The notes under the pieces were generated by a model. It was not told the DNA's origin. It did not search any database and worked only from the letters and a program-made list of their open reading frames with translations. From an uncultured Pseudomonadota bacterium (GTDB lineage Bacteria > Oederibacteriota > Muellerivitia > Muellerivitales > Muellerivitaceae), in contig CAVYRH010000002.1 of NCBI GenBank assembly GCA_963770835.1, positions 1 through 64,000 on the forward strand: DNA of 64,000 bases, in the 5' to 3' direction. Made by a program: the position numbers and the translations under genes. This document shows, in pieces, positions 19,174 through 29,414 of this stretch. Each line of letters opens with the position of its first letter. Within the stretch, counting starts at the first letter, position 1.

Positions 19174-22049
19174 CGCGCAATATTCCCCACCATCTTAGGT
19201 TTATCTTGGTTTTTTATCCGGTTTTGATCTTTCTTGACCTTGTCGGCTAAAAACCGGCCCGTGTAAGACTTGGGGGTTGCCATCACTTGCCGCACCGTAC
19301 CCTCGGCGATGATTTGTCCCCCATCCTCACCACCTTCCGGACCCAAATCCAATATAAAATCCGCCGTTTTAATAACATCCAAATTATGTTCAATAACAAT
19401 GACCGTGTTGCCGGCCTCCACAAGTCTCTTTAACACAACAATTAAATGATGGACGTCGGCAAAATGCAAACCGGTCGTAGGCTCGTCGAGGATATAAACC
19501 GTCCGTCCGGTGCTCCTTTTCCCCAGTTCGGTAGACAATTTCACGCGCTGGGCTTCTCCACCGGAAAGGGTCGTAGCGGCTTGACCAAGTTTAATGTACC
19601 CCAAGCCGACGTCATGAAGGGTTTCTAATACTCGTTTAATTTTGGGAATAGCGGTAAAAAAGGGCAGGGCTTCCTCGACGCTCAAATCCAAGATCTCAGC
19701 AATGTTTTTTCCCTTATATTGGATTTCCAACGTCTCCCGGTTGTAGCGCTTTCCCTTGCAGATTTCGCAAGGGACATAAACGTCCGGCAGAAAATGCATC
19801 TCAATTTTGATGACACCGTCACCTTCACAAGCCTCGCAACGCCCTCCTTTTACATTGAAACTGAACCGGCCTTCCTTATAGCCCCTGGCTTTGGATTCTG
19901 GCAATCGGGCGAATAGGTCCCGGACTTGCGTGAAAGCCCCCGTATAAGTAGCCGGATTGGAGCGGGGCGTACGTCCGATAGGTGACTGGTCGATTTCGAT
20001 CACTTTATCAATATATTCCACGCCTTCCAAAGATTCGTATCCCTCAGGTTTTAACCTCAATTGGTAGAGCCGGTGCAAAAGCGCCGGATAAAGCGTCTCC
20101 ATAACCAAAGTGCTTTTCCCGGAGCCCGAAACCCCTGTTACGGCTACAAAGCCGCCCAGGGGTAGTTTGACGGTAATATTCTTAAGGTTATTCTTCGAAG
20201 CCCCTTTCAAAACGAGGAACTTCTCGAATTTTTTTTCAACGTCAAGCTTCGCTGGAATGGAAAGTCTTCCGGAAAGATACTGCCCTGTCAAGGAGCGGCG
20301 GTTTCCAATAATCTGGCCAAGCTCTCCCGCCGCGACCACTTCCCCGCCCTCAACTCCCGCACCGAGGCCCATATCCACAATGTAGTCCGCTGCCTCAATT
20401 GTGTCCTCATCGTGCTCCACCACAATAACCGTGTTCCCAATGTCCCGTAGTCGTTTCAGAGTATTCAACAACCGCATGTTGTCCCGCTGGTGAAGCCCAA
20501 TGGAAGGTTCATCCAGGATGTAAAGAACACCCACCAGAGCGCTTCCGATTTGCGTGGCAAGATGAATTCGCTGGGCCTCCCCGCCGGAAAGACTGCCGGT
20601 CATGCGATCCAGAGTGAGATAGTCCAAGCCGACATTTTTCAGGAAAAACAACCGGTTTTTGACTTCCTTCAGTAACTGTCCGGCAATGGCCATGTTCTTG
20701 TCGTCCAACTCCAGTTGATCGAAAAACTCTAAGCATTTTTTAACCGAAAATTGCGTGAGATCAATGATGTTGCGGTCCTTCAGGGTGACCGCCAGGCTCT
20801 CAGGTTTTAAGCGGGTCCCCTTACAGGTCCGGCAAGGCTTGCTGACAAGGTATTTCTCGATTTCCTCGCGGATATATTCCGAATCCGTTTCGGTATAACG
20901 GCGTTCCAAATTGGGGATGACACCCTCAAAAGGACCCCAGTATTTTTGCTGATAACTTCCTTTTTGAATTTTAAATTCGATTTCTTCCGTCGTCCCATAC
21001 AGAATAGCTTCCTTGACCTTCGGAGGCAGCTTTTTAAAGGGAATATCTTGTTTTACTCCGAAATGCCGGCAAACCCCTTCCAAAAGGTTCTGGTAATAAA
21101 CGGCCTTGGGTGAATCGTAGGGGTCCACGGCCCCTTCCGAGATGGATTTTTCCGGGTCGATCACCAGGGATTCATCTGCCTCCATTTTGTGCCCCATACC
21201 CGTGCAGGCGGGGCAAGCTCCATGGGGATTGTTGAAAGAAAAGTTCCTCGGAGCCAGCTCCTCATAGCTGATCCCACAGTAAACGCAAGCGAAGTGTTCG
21301 GAAAAAAGAAACTCTTCCTCCTTGGCGCCAGATCCCGAAAGAACCTTGACGATACCCTCCCCATGTTTGGAGGCGGTTTCCAATGAATCGGCGAGCCGTT
21401 TTTTGATATCCGGCTTGATGACCAAACGGTCGACCACCACCTCGATATCATGTTTCCTGTTTTTTTCCAGATCGATTTTTTCTCCCAGGTCCATGATGGT
21501 TCCGTCCACCCGGACGCGCACAAAACCGTCCTTGCGGATTTGATCAAATATTTTTTTATACTCCCCTTTTCGACTGGAAATAAGTGGCGCCAGGATATGC
21601 AGTCTCGAGCCTTCGGGAAAAGAAAGAACTCTGTCCACGATTTGCTGGATGGTCTGGCGGGTGATGGGCCGGTTACAATTGGTGCAGTGCGGGACACCAA
21701 CACGGGCGAAAAGAAGCCGAAAATAGTCGTAGATTTCAGTCGTTGTCCCGACCGTGGACCGGGGATTGCGGCTGCCAGCCTTTTGCTGGATTGCCACCGC
21801 CGGGGATAAGCCTTCGATCAGGTCCACATCCGGCTTTTCCATTAATCCGAGAAATTGGCGGGCATAGGCCGAAAGGGATTCAACATAGCGCCGCTGGCCT
21901 TCGGCGTAAAGGGTATCGAATGCCAAGGATGACTTCCCCGAACCCGAAACTCCCGTGATGACAACCAATTGGTCCCGGGGCATTTCGATGGAAATGTTCT
22001 TTAAATTGTGTTCACGTGCCCCTCGGACCACGATGCTGTTCTTTTTCAA
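19170..22049 (-). CDS. uvrA: Excinuclease ABC subunit A
   Basis: GAREHNLKN, two GVSGSGKS Walker A motifs, two LSGGEAQR motifs and zinc fingers; TTG start 22049 (alternative 22067). Confidence 0.98.
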   Translation of the reverse strand: MKKNSIVVRGAREHNLKNISIEMPRDQLVVITGVSGSGKSSLAFDTLYAEGQRRYVESLSAYARQFLGLMEKPDVDLIEGLSPAVAIQQKAGSRNPRSTVGTTTEIYDYFRLLFARVGVPHCTNCNRPITRQTIQQIVDRVLSFPEGSRLHILAPLISSRKGEYKKIFDQIRKDGFVRVRVDGTIMDLGEKIDLEKNRKHDIEVVVDRLVIKPDIKKRLADSLETASKHGEGIVKVLSGSGAKEEEFLFSEHFACVYCGISYEELAPRNFSFNNPHGACPACTGMGHKMEADESLVIDPEKSISEGAVDPYDSPKAVYYQNLLEGVCRHFGVKQDIPFKKLPPKVKEAILYGTTEEIEFKIQKGSYQQKYWGPFEGVIPNLERRYTETDSEYIREEIEKYLVSKPCRTCKGTRLKPESLAVTLKDRNIIDLTQFSVKKCLEFFDQLELDDKNMAIAGQLLKEVKNRLFFLKNVGLDYLTLDRMTGSLSGGEAQRIHLATQIGSALVGVLYILDEPSIGLHQRDNMRLLNTLKRLRDIGNTVIVVEHDEDTIEAADYIVDMGLGAGVEGGEVVAAGELGQIIGNRRSLTGQYLSGRLSIPAKLDVEKKFEKFLVLKGASKNNLKNITVKLPLGGFVAVTGVSGSGKSTLVMETLYPALLHRLYQLRLKPEGYESLEGVEYIDKVIEIDQSPIGRTPRSNPATYTGAFTQVRDLFARLPESKARGYKEGRFSFNVKGGRCEACEGDGVIKIEMHFLPDVYVPCEICKGKRYNRETLEIQYKGKNIAEILDLSVEEALPFFTAIPKIKRVLETLHDVGLGYIKLGQAATTLSGGEAQRVKLSTELGKRSTGRTVYILDEPTTGLHFADVHHLIVVLKRLVEAGNTVIVIEHNLDVIKTADFILDLGPEGGEDGGQIIAEGTVRQVMATPKSYTGRFLADKVKKDQNRIKNQDKPKMVGNIAR

Positions 22050-22198
22050 ACCTAGCCGTCCTTTCAAAAGAGCTGATTATTATTACGTATTAGTGGATGC
22101 TTTTTCCAGCGGTCAAATCTTCAAGACCACCGGAAAGCACCCAATCAAGTCCAGAGTCTCAAAACTGTTCATTCTTTTGATCCAGGGTATTTACGACA

Positions 22199-24364
22199 TT
22201 ACTGGAATTGGCTGGCGGCGCCGGTCAATCCCTGGTTCCTCAGACCATTCAAGCGCTGTAACTGGTCTTCCGAAACCGTTATGGGCCTGCCGGGGAAAGC
22301 CTTGAGGTTCAAGGTGAAGAAGAGACGCTTTCCTTGCACGGGATCCTCGGTGTACTGAACTTGGGCCTCCCAATCGTGCAAGTCACGGTAGATGCTGATA
22401 CTGCGGGTTTCGAGCTGAGAATTGGTCAAATCGTAGCTTTCAATAAAGGAAAGCCGGTAGTTAGTGAAAAAGGAAAAATCCGCTTCTCCGGCGATCTCGA
22501 AGGTGGGTGGTAGCCCCGTGGTGACAGCCCCTTGGTTGGTGAAATTGGGATCGAGATAATCCCCCGAAATCCGAAAAAGCCACATGTTGTGCGGGCTGCG
22601 GATGTTCAAGATGGAGTTCAAATCTTTTAAGCCGTTTGACGCGATAGAGTAATCGCCGATCAGGGTGTAGTCCAGTTGGGGAGAAGCGGTCCAGTAAATC
22701 TCCTCGTGAAAGTACCCAAATTTTGGAGCATCCGTCATGATCAGCGGATTCGTCACCTGGGCGTTGAAATCGAATGTGGAACTGGTGGCTTCCCTCAAAT
22801 CCGAACCGATGTCACATTCCATCCTCCCCGAAAGAAAATTGGTAGTAACTCCCGTGGGAGGGTCTGTGGGATACCGGTTGTTTAATTTCTGACTGAAATT
22901 ATACGTGAAATTCGAATTAAAGTATTCGGACCACCGGGAAGTCAATGTGCTTTGGAGATTGACACTATGGGTTTCCCCTGCGCTGCCCGCCCCCACGGTA
23001 ATTCCCTGGTCTGAGACATCTTGGAAAGATTCGTCCATCTCTACGCGCCCAAAAAGGCTCTGGGTCTGCTCGAAGGCGAGGGTCTGGCTCAATCCCACCG
23101 CCCCGGTTAAGTGGCTGACGTAAAAATTGTCGGCCTGGGTGTAGGTGTGGTCGCCTTCCATGGAAAGATCATATTTGGGTCCGTATTTCCAGAGCAGGGG
23201 CTGGGGAAAGAGCGAAAAGTTGGCTTGGGGAAGATTCTGAAGGCTTCTGATGAAATTTGAATAAAGCGTAACGGGGCTGGCAGAGTTGGGATTGATGATA
23301 TTGGGATTGTTGATATTCGCTATTTCCTGCCGTCTCAACAGCAGCCCCAAGGTGTAATTCTGGTTGGTATAGGTCGTTGAGATGTCAAATTCCCTCACGG
23401 TCGAGACCAGACTCGGATCCCTACGAGCCACCGAATAATCATTGCTGAAATTGCCGTCCCCAGGCACGTCGGCCTCCACCCGGCCCTGGAAATTGGAGGA
23501 GAGTGCCCACAACATCCGGGCCCGGCCTTCCCATCGAAATTGATGACTTTCCTTTTCCTGGATGCCATATCCATACAACGACAACACCTGGTAGTCATTC
23601 AAGGCTATCTCGTGCCGCACGCCCAAACCCAACCCCTGTTTAAAAAAATAATCCGTATAAAGGGCCCCGTAGCTTTTGGGATTCAATAAATAATTGGTTG
23701 TGAGAAGGATGTAGTTCCCCAGGTAGTCGGTGGCTCCGGTTTCAATTGAAAGTGGAGTTTGCAGGTCGTGGACAGTCCTAACAAAAAACGGAAAATAAAA
23801 AACCGGTACTTTCCCGATGAAAAAAATGACGTTTTCCGCCACTAAATAGTCGCCGGAATAAATGGTGATCTTATCGGCCTTCATATAATAGTGGCGGTAG
23901 TCCTCTGGATAATCGCAGGTAGTGGTCACGGCGTCCTTAATGACGATTTTATGAGGAGAGATGTCGATTTCCGATCCCGTTGAAATCCAGGGCGGTGCGG
24001 TAGTTTTAATATTGTAGGCCTTCCCCATTCCCGTCTTCATGTTGTAATCGAGGCTTTTGGCTTCCACCTCCTGGCTCTCGTCCTGCCAGACTACATGGCC
24101 CTCCGCATGGACATCCTGTGCAACGTTGTCATACCGGATGGTGTCCGCGTAAAGGTGGACAAGGTCTTGTTGGATATGCACGTCTCCCTTACATATCACG
24201 AGGTTTTGATCCCGAAAGTATTGAATCGTATCAGCTTGGATGTGGACTTGGGAATTGAGCGAGAGGGATAGGTCGGCGTCCGCGGGTTCCACGGCCCACA
24301 CCATAAAACACCAAACCGACAACGGGATGACCCCTAAGGGGATTTTGTTAAAGGGTTGGTTCAT
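22199..24364 (-). CDS. lptD: LPS-assembly protein LptD-like (OstA N-domain plus beta-barrel)
   Basis: IQAD..Y, GDVHI, TTCD, PVFYFP and YRDLHDW motifs; ATG 24364 overlaps the lptF/G stop (ATGA). Confidence 0.8.
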   Translation of the reverse strand: MNQPFNKIPLGVIPLSVWCFMVWAVEPADADLSLSLNSQVHIQADTIQYFRDQNLVICKGDVHIQQDLVHLYADTIRYDNVAQDVHAEGHVVWQDESQEVEAKSLDYNMKTGMGKAYNIKTTAPPWISTGSEIDISPHKIVIKDAVTTTCDYPEDYRHYYMKADKITIYSGDYLVAENVIFFIGKVPVFYFPFFVRTVHDLQTPLSIETGATDYLGNYILLTTNYLLNPKSYGALYTDYFFKQGLGLGVRHEIALNDYQVLSLYGYGIQEKESHQFRWEGRARMLWALSSNFQGRVEADVPGDGNFSNDYSVARRDPSLVSTVREFDISTTYTNQNYTLGLLLRRQEIANINNPNIINPNSASPVTLYSNFIRSLQNLPQANFSLFPQPLLWKYGPKYDLSMEGDHTYTQADNFYVSHLTGAVGLSQTLAFEQTQSLFGRVEMDESFQDVSDQGITVGAGSAGETHSVNLQSTLTSRWSEYFNSNFTYNFSQKLNNRYPTDPPTGVTTNFLSGRMECDIGSDLREATSSTFDFNAQVTNPLIMTDAPKFGYFHEEIYWTASPQLDYTLIGDYSIASNGLKDLNSILNIRSPHNMWLFRISGDYLDPNFTNQGAVTTGLPPTFEIAGEADFSFFTNYRLSFIESYDLTNSQLETRSISIYRDLHDWEAQVQYTEDPVQGKRLFFTLNLKAFPGRPITVSEDQLQRLNGLRNQGLTGAASQFQ

Positions 24365-25575
24365 TTGGTAGTGACAACCTGTGACGAATGGTCTCCATCC
24401 TGCCCCACATTTCTTCCCCTCTTGGGGCGTAACAGGCTTCCCCAAAAATCAAGCCGGTGATTCAACCAATGAACCATAACCAACCCAACCGCAATCAAAA
24501 CTCCGTTTGGCAGCCACATGGCCAAAAAAGGTGAAATGATCCCCCGGGGGCCTCCCTCTTGACCATAAATGATGAAAAGCCAGTAAACGACAATCAAGGC
24601 GAGGGCTGAAAAAAATCCGGTGATGAAACTAGTCCGGAACATGAGTCCCAAGGGGATACCGATAAAGGCAAAAGCAAGCATGGAAAAGGGAATGGAAAAT
24701 TTCTTTTGGAACTCCAATTCATCATATCGCGTATCAGCTTTCGCCGCTTTTTCCTCTTTAATTTTAAGTGCCAAATCGCGGATTGAAATATTCCGGGCGT
24801 CGCTGAAATCCATCGGCCCGCTCTTCTTATGGGCGCTCAAGTCCAAAGTACAGTCCTTGAATTGCATGTTCAGAAATTCGCCAGGGGGTTCCGTAGGCCC
24901 CGCTTGATCCTGCTGCAGAATACCGTCGTTTAAGTCCAACATCACATGGAAGTTCCCATTGTCCTGCCTTAGGGTTCCTGTCTGAGCCAAAATGATGCGA
25001 TACGGATGGGAGTTCGCGTCCAGAAACTCGACGGTTACGCCCTTTAACAGGTCTTTCTTATCATCCTTCTCCTTCGCGTATAAAAGGTAGCCCTCGAAAT
25101 TCCGGATAAAGACTCTCTCGTGGACACTAATGGCGGACCTTTCGGTTAGGATTTTATACTGAAGCTTGAGATAGGAAGTATTTCCCCAGGGTAGGGTTTT
25201 ATCCATCACTACGATCATGAGAACGCTCAGGGCCAGGGAAAGGCCAATCATGGGCCAAATGAGTACGGATGGCGAAACACCGGAGAATTCCAATGCCATC
25301 GCTTCTCTGTCTGCGCTCAGCCTGCCATAAACCACCAAAAGTGCCGTCAAATAGGCGATAGGAATCGCGATCACCAAGTAACTCGGCTGGATATACATAA
25401 GGAGTCGAAGGGAGTTGATAAATCCCGCGTGGTAACGAAAAACGAAGTCAAGAAAATCATAAATGGAATAAAGGAGGTTTAAGATGAAAAGCCAAATTCC
25501 CATCGCCAGGAAAAAAGGGGGCCAAACCGCCCTCACGTAGTAGCGCACCAAGACAGGAATCACTGGAACCCTCAA
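24361..25575 (-). CDS. LptF/LptG family LPS export permease
   Basis: GRLSADRE..A...SG, ELEFQKKFSIPF, GIPLG and AMWLPN motifs. Confidence 0.9.
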   Translation of the reverse strand: MRVPVIPVLVRYYVRAVWPPFFLAMGIWLFILNLLYSIYDFLDFVFRYHAGFINSLRLLMYIQPSYLVIAIPIAYLTALLVVYGRLSADREAMALEFSGVSPSVLIWPMIGLSLALSVLMIVVMDKTLPWGNTSYLKLQYKILTERSAISVHERVFIRNFEGYLLYAKEKDDKKDLLKGVTVEFLDANSHPYRIILAQTGTLRQDNGNFHVMLDLNDGILQQDQAGPTEPPGEFLNMQFKDCTLDLSAHKKSGPMDFSDARNISIRDLALKIKEEKAAKADTRYDELEFQKKFSIPFSMLAFAFIGIPLGLMFRTSFITGFFSALALIVVYWLFIIYGQEGGPRGIISPFLAMWLPNGVLIAVGLVMVHWLNHRLDFWGSLLRPKRGRNVGQDGDHSSQVVTTK

Positions 25576-25735
25576 AAACGTTGTAGCCGCATCAAGCCCT
25601 GCCTGCCGGGATCCTTCAGCCGGCGAGCGGCCAAAGCTCTTGCATTCAAATTGAAATTGTTGTCGATTCCCCTTGGGCCGAAAAGCTGAATCAACTCTAG
25701 TTTAGACGATCAGGGGATGGTAAAGAGGCAGGTTT

Positions 25736-27925
25736 TTAGAGGGTCGGAACATCCTGCAAATATCCGCTTTTAATGGTACCTGGAACGGCTGGGAGGCCCA
25801 GTTCCGAAGCATGAGAAGCGGACACAGCTGGAGGATTCATGTTATTGGCAACGGGTGGGAGCGCCATGTCGTTTCCGGGAGTTTCCAACCCCGGCGGCAA
25901 GGCAACTTGATTTCCAGAAGAAAGATCAGTTGGAACCGGGGGCAAGCCGTTCGCAGGGCTGCCCAAGGCGGGAGGAGGCAAACTTTCCTCGACACCCGGC
26001 GCGGGTGGAAGGGATGAAGAAGCCACGGGTGGCATGGATGAATCGGGCAACGGAGGTGCACCAAGAGCTCCAAAAGAGCCTGGGGCTGGTGGAAGTGAGT
26101 TGTCGGCAACGGGTGGAAGGGATGTATCAGGCGACGGCGGCCCGCCGGTAGCGGGAGGCGACGAAGAATCGACTGTTGGAGGCACGCCTGGAGCGGTGGA
26201 AGAGTTGGGGACAGGTGGAAGATTGTTATCCGCCACCGGGGGAAGGAATATATCGGGTGAAGTTGGCGGTGGAAGGGCGCCATTATCCAATGGGGGCAAA
26301 GAGTTATCCGGTGTGGGTAGTTGAGCTGTCGGGGGGGGCAATGCGGCCGACCCCGAGGCATCCGGCAAGCCCGGAAGACCATTGTCCAAGGCCGGAGGAG
26401 GAGTGTTCATATCACCTGGTAATCCTGGCGCGGAAGCAGTGGGGCCCGGAAGCAATGGTTCTCCAGGATTCGGTATTGCAGGAAGACCGTTGTCCACCGA
26501 TGGAGGAAGTGAGCTTGAGTCAGGAGGCAATCCAGGAACACCGGCCATGGGCTCAGGCGAAGTAGACGGTAATTGGGACTGGGGTGGTAAGGTTGGAGAC
26601 CCAGGGTTAGTAGGATTGCCTTCCGGCAAAGGTGGAAGGGTTAAATCTCCTGAAGTAGACGCCGGAGCTGGTGCCGGAGGAGCCGTGGAAGCGTCCGGCA
26701 GTGTGGGCATGGAAGTATTGGTTTCCGCAGGGGGTGGCGAAAAGGCACCCGTATCGGGAGATCCGGAAGCTGGGGGAAGCGCCGGCAAACCGGAGTTATC
26801 CGGTGGCAATCCAGAAGAGGGAGAAACCCCCATCGGCGGCAAAGCATTATTCGTATCGGATGGGGTAGTAGGTGGAAGGGCTGGCAGGGTGGAATTATCA
26901 GGTGGCAGGCCTGGAGCGGTTGAAGGTGATTGTTCTACGGGAGAAGGATTATTAGCAGGAAGCGCCGGAAGACCCGAATCCGGAGTGCTTGTAGATGGCA
27001 TAGGCGGCAAAGTCGAGTTATCTGAAGGCAAAGCCGGAACCGTTGACGGCAAGGCATTGGGGGATGAATTGTCTCCTGGCAAAGGCGGTAATCCCGAGGA
27101 GGGGTTGTTTTCCGCTCCCGGCAGAGAAGGCGGCGTGTTTTCACCAGGAGTAACCGGTTGAAGGCCGGTACCGTTGTTGGGAGCCTCCGGTAAGGGTGTT
27201 AGTCCACCGGCACCCGGAGCCGGGTTCGACGGGGCCAAAGCCCCGTTTCCTGAATTGTCCATCGGCAAAGGCGGAAGGGCGTTTGAAGAACTCGTGTTAG
27301 CCGTGCCGCTTTCCGGAAGAGGCGGCATATTGGTTCCACTAGGAGCCGAAGTTTCCCCTGAAGGCAATGGCGGCAGTGGTGTCTGTGTGGTAGCACCAAC
27401 CGGGGGAACCCCCGGTGCGTTGCTTTTTTTATCCTCTAAAAGATTCGCTCTGCGGAAATGTTTCATGTCGGGGTAATAGACAAGATTCGCGGGAATCCGT
27501 CCCATAACTTCCAAAGTCACTTTTTTCGCGATCAATTGGTCCGAGGGGTCAACAGTTAATTCCATGAACTCAAATGAAGAGGTATACCGCTGAGTATTAA
27601 CAATCCGGATAAACCCTACCGGTTCCCCTTGAGGGGTGAAGAGCGCGAGAACATCATTTTTCTTAACTCCTGCCAAATCCCCCGCGTCAATATAGTTTGC
27701 GTCATATTGGCGGCTTCCGGGCTGGTCACGAAGAGCGATGACTTGACCCCCGATGATAGTCCGGTTATCGAACAAGTGCTTCAGGAGGTTTCGCGTTTGT
27801 ACCGAGTACGGAAGGTCGGCACCCGTGGAGGGAGACATTTGGTACGTCGTATAAGAAACGGCTGGCGAAGTTAAAAATCCGCCCGTTAAAAAAAGCAACA
27901 CCGGAAGAATTAGTTTAGATTTCAT
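25736..27925 (-). CDS. Exported protein with a small N-terminal globular domain and a ~550-aa Pro/Ser/Thr/Asp-rich repetitive tail
   Basis: ATG 27925 with signal peptide MKSKLILPVLLFLTGGFLTSPAVS; long open frame; repeated (D/N)xxLPxLP units. Confidence 0.85.
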   Translation of the reverse strand: MKSKLILPVLLFLTGGFLTSPAVSYTTYQMSPSTGADLPYSVQTRNLLKHLFDNRTIIGGQVIALRDQPGSRQYDANYIDAGDLAGVKKNDVLALFTPQGEPVGFIRIVNTQRYTSSFEFMELTVDPSDQLIAKKVTLEVMGRIPANLVYYPDMKHFRRANLLEDKKSNAPGVPPVGATTQTPLPPLPSGETSAPSGTNMPPLPESGTANTSSSNALPPLPMDNSGNGALAPSNPAPGAGGLTPLPEAPNNGTGLQPVTPGENTPPSLPGAENNPSSGLPPLPGDNSSPNALPSTVPALPSDNSTLPPMPSTSTPDSGLPALPANNPSPVEQSPSTAPGLPPDNSTLPALPPTTPSDTNNALPPMGVSPSSGLPPDNSGLPALPPASGSPDTGAFSPPPAETNTSMPTLPDASTAPPAPAPASTSGDLTLPPLPEGNPTNPGSPTLPPQSQLPSTSPEPMAGVPGLPPDSSSLPPSVDNGLPAIPNPGEPLLPGPTASAPGLPGDMNTPPPALDNGLPGLPDASGSAALPPPTAQLPTPDNSLPPLDNGALPPPTSPDIFLPPVADNNLPPVPNSSTAPGVPPTVDSSSPPATGGPPSPDTSLPPVADNSLPPAPGSFGALGAPPLPDSSMPPVASSSLPPAPGVEESLPPPALGSPANGLPPVPTDLSSGNQVALPPGLETPGNDMALPPVANNMNPPAVSASHASELGLPAVPGTIKSGYLQDVPTL
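25740..27420 (-). repeat. Degenerate coding repeats (LPPDNSxLPxLP-type)
   Basis: Examples: GLPPDNSTLPALPP, GLPPDNSGLPALPP, GLPPDSSSLPP, LPPVADNNLPPVP, LPPVADNSLPPAP. Conserved at the protein level and degenerate at the DNA level. Confidence 0.8.
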
Positions 27926-27980
27926 TGACACCTCAAAGGGAAAATTGATCACCTTTGCAAACGATATGATAATCAAAAAC

Positions 27981-28014
27981 AAAAAAAAGAGGGGATTTTT
28001 TTCAAAATCCCCTC
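27981..28014 (-). terminator. Intrinsic terminator after the second PorV-like gene
   Basis: GAGGGGATTTT / AAAATCCCCTC stem followed by a T run on the minus strand. Confidence 0.8.
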
Positions 28015-28031
28015 AAGGCCGTCAACGAAAA

Positions 28032-29006
28032 TTAAAGGCGAGTGATCAGCGAGATGTAATTGATTCCGCCGATGGAATTGCTGACATAGGCATAATCGAT
28101 CTCGAACAAGTAGGCCCATATGCCTACACCCGCGGAAGGGGTGAAAGAATCATCGTCAAACTGAAGCCCCTTTGTTTCAAAACCGCCCCGAATCGCTACA
28201 AATTGGCGGTACCAATATTCCAAGCCAAAATGATAATTATTGAGGGATTCGCCTGCATAAAGGGTATCAGCGTCAAAATTCACTTCCAGGGTACTGACGG
28301 GAACCGCAGCCTCGCCTTGTTTTTGGCTCTTTCCAATTTCCTGCAGATAAGAAACGCCCAAGGTGACGCTAGGCTGTAAAACCTGAGTGGGATTGGTGGG
28401 AGTGTTCTGCCATTGGATATAAGAGCCTCCAGTGAAATCCCGGGCAACAAGTCCAAAAGTTAACTCTTTAATGGGCTTGAAAAGAAGGCCTAGGTCGGAA
28501 CCGAATCCAAAGGCGGAAGCCGTATAAGCGTCCGTTTTCAGGAGCTTGATCGTTCCTCCAAAGGCGAATTGCTTTCCAATCTTCCATCCACCGGAAATCA
28601 ATCCCGCTTGGTCGGTATAAGTGGTATTCCCAAAAACATTACCGCTTGAATCCGTAATGGTGATGTCATCAACACCCAACCGCATGTAGCTTAAGCAATA
28701 AGATCCGGCCGATTCGGTGTTGAATGCCAGATTCAGGAAATCGTAACTCTGTAGGTTGTTCTGTGTGGCATGCATGGTCGTTATTTCAATGTCGTCAATC
28801 AAGGCCAGGCCAGCGGGATTCCAGTAAGCGGCAGTCGCGTCATTGGCCGCAGCTGCAAAAGCCCCTCCCATGGCTAAAGGCCTCGCTCCAGCCCCCTTGG
28901 TCAAAACTTCTGCCGCGTAATTGACGGATTGGGCATGCACCCAAACCGGAAGCACAAAAACCACTGCGCCCAAGAGTGCCATTAGGTCAAATCGTTTTAA
29001 ATTCAC
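28032..29006 (-). CDS. PorV/PorQ (UPF0164)-like outer-membrane beta-barrel
   Basis: Signal peptide, GARPLAMGGAFAAAANDATAAYWNPAGL, GLEYWY...IRGG and IDYAY motifs. Confidence 0.85.
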   Translation of the reverse strand: MNLKRFDLMALLGAVVFVLPVWVHAQSVNYAAEVLTKGAGARPLAMGGAFAAAANDATAAYWNPAGLALIDDIEITTMHATQNNLQSYDFLNLAFNTESAGSYCLSYMRLGVDDITITDSSGNVFGNTTYTDQAGLISGGWKIGKQFAFGGTIKLLKTDAYTASAFGFGSDLGLLFKPIKELTFGLVARDFTGGSYIQWQNTPTNPTQVLQPSVTLGVSYLQEIGKSQKQGEAAVPVSTLEVNFDADTLYAGESLNNYHFGLEYWYRQFVAIRGGFETKGLQFDDDSFTPSAGVGIWAYLFEIDYAYVSNSIGGINYISLITRL

Positions 29007-29321
29007 AGCTTTCTCCTCTCTGCAAAGAAGATTTAAATTGGGCGGTCATCTAGGGCAATAAAATCTTATCAATCCGTTCCGCAAAATTCAACTTGATAAA
29101 CCCCTGTCATCCTCCGAGAAGCACAAGGAAATGGTGCGTTAAACCATTGGTTTTCACTATGATTCATCTCATTCATGAAAGCTTTGATTAAAAAAGTTTT
29201 TTCTTTTTGGATGAGATTGCTCCCTGTTGATACCAATGTAACTCTTTTTCAACCTTTGTCTTAGTCCTGTTTTCGATGTGGAATTCATCATTTTGCATTG
29301 ATGGATGTTTTTGTTGTTGAT

Positions 29322-29351
29322 TTGACAAAAGCTTTAGGGGGTAGGTATAGT
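29322..29351 (+). promoter_or_regulatory. Putative sigma70 promoter of the TIGR03663-like gene
   Basis: TTGACA-18nt-TATAGT, about 60 nt before ATG 29415. Confidence 0.6.
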
Positions 29352-29414
29352 TGACCGTCAAATCAGCGCAAAAATGGCTTTTATCCTGTTGAATCCCACC
29401 CAAGGAGAATTTGA

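Noticed and set aside
22099..22139. 12-bp hairpin / possible SOS operator upstream of uvrA
   Set aside because: The stem exists (TTTCCGGTGGTC/GACCGCTGGAAA) but matches no LexA box I know, so no function can be supported.
26382..27161. Gly-rich 259-aa plus-strand ORF
   Set aside because: Mirror of the CCN proline codons of the minus-strand Pro-rich gene.
29188..29403. 71-aa minus-strand ORF in the divergent intergenic region
   Set aside because: Overlaps a promoter-like region, weak start, no recognisable features.
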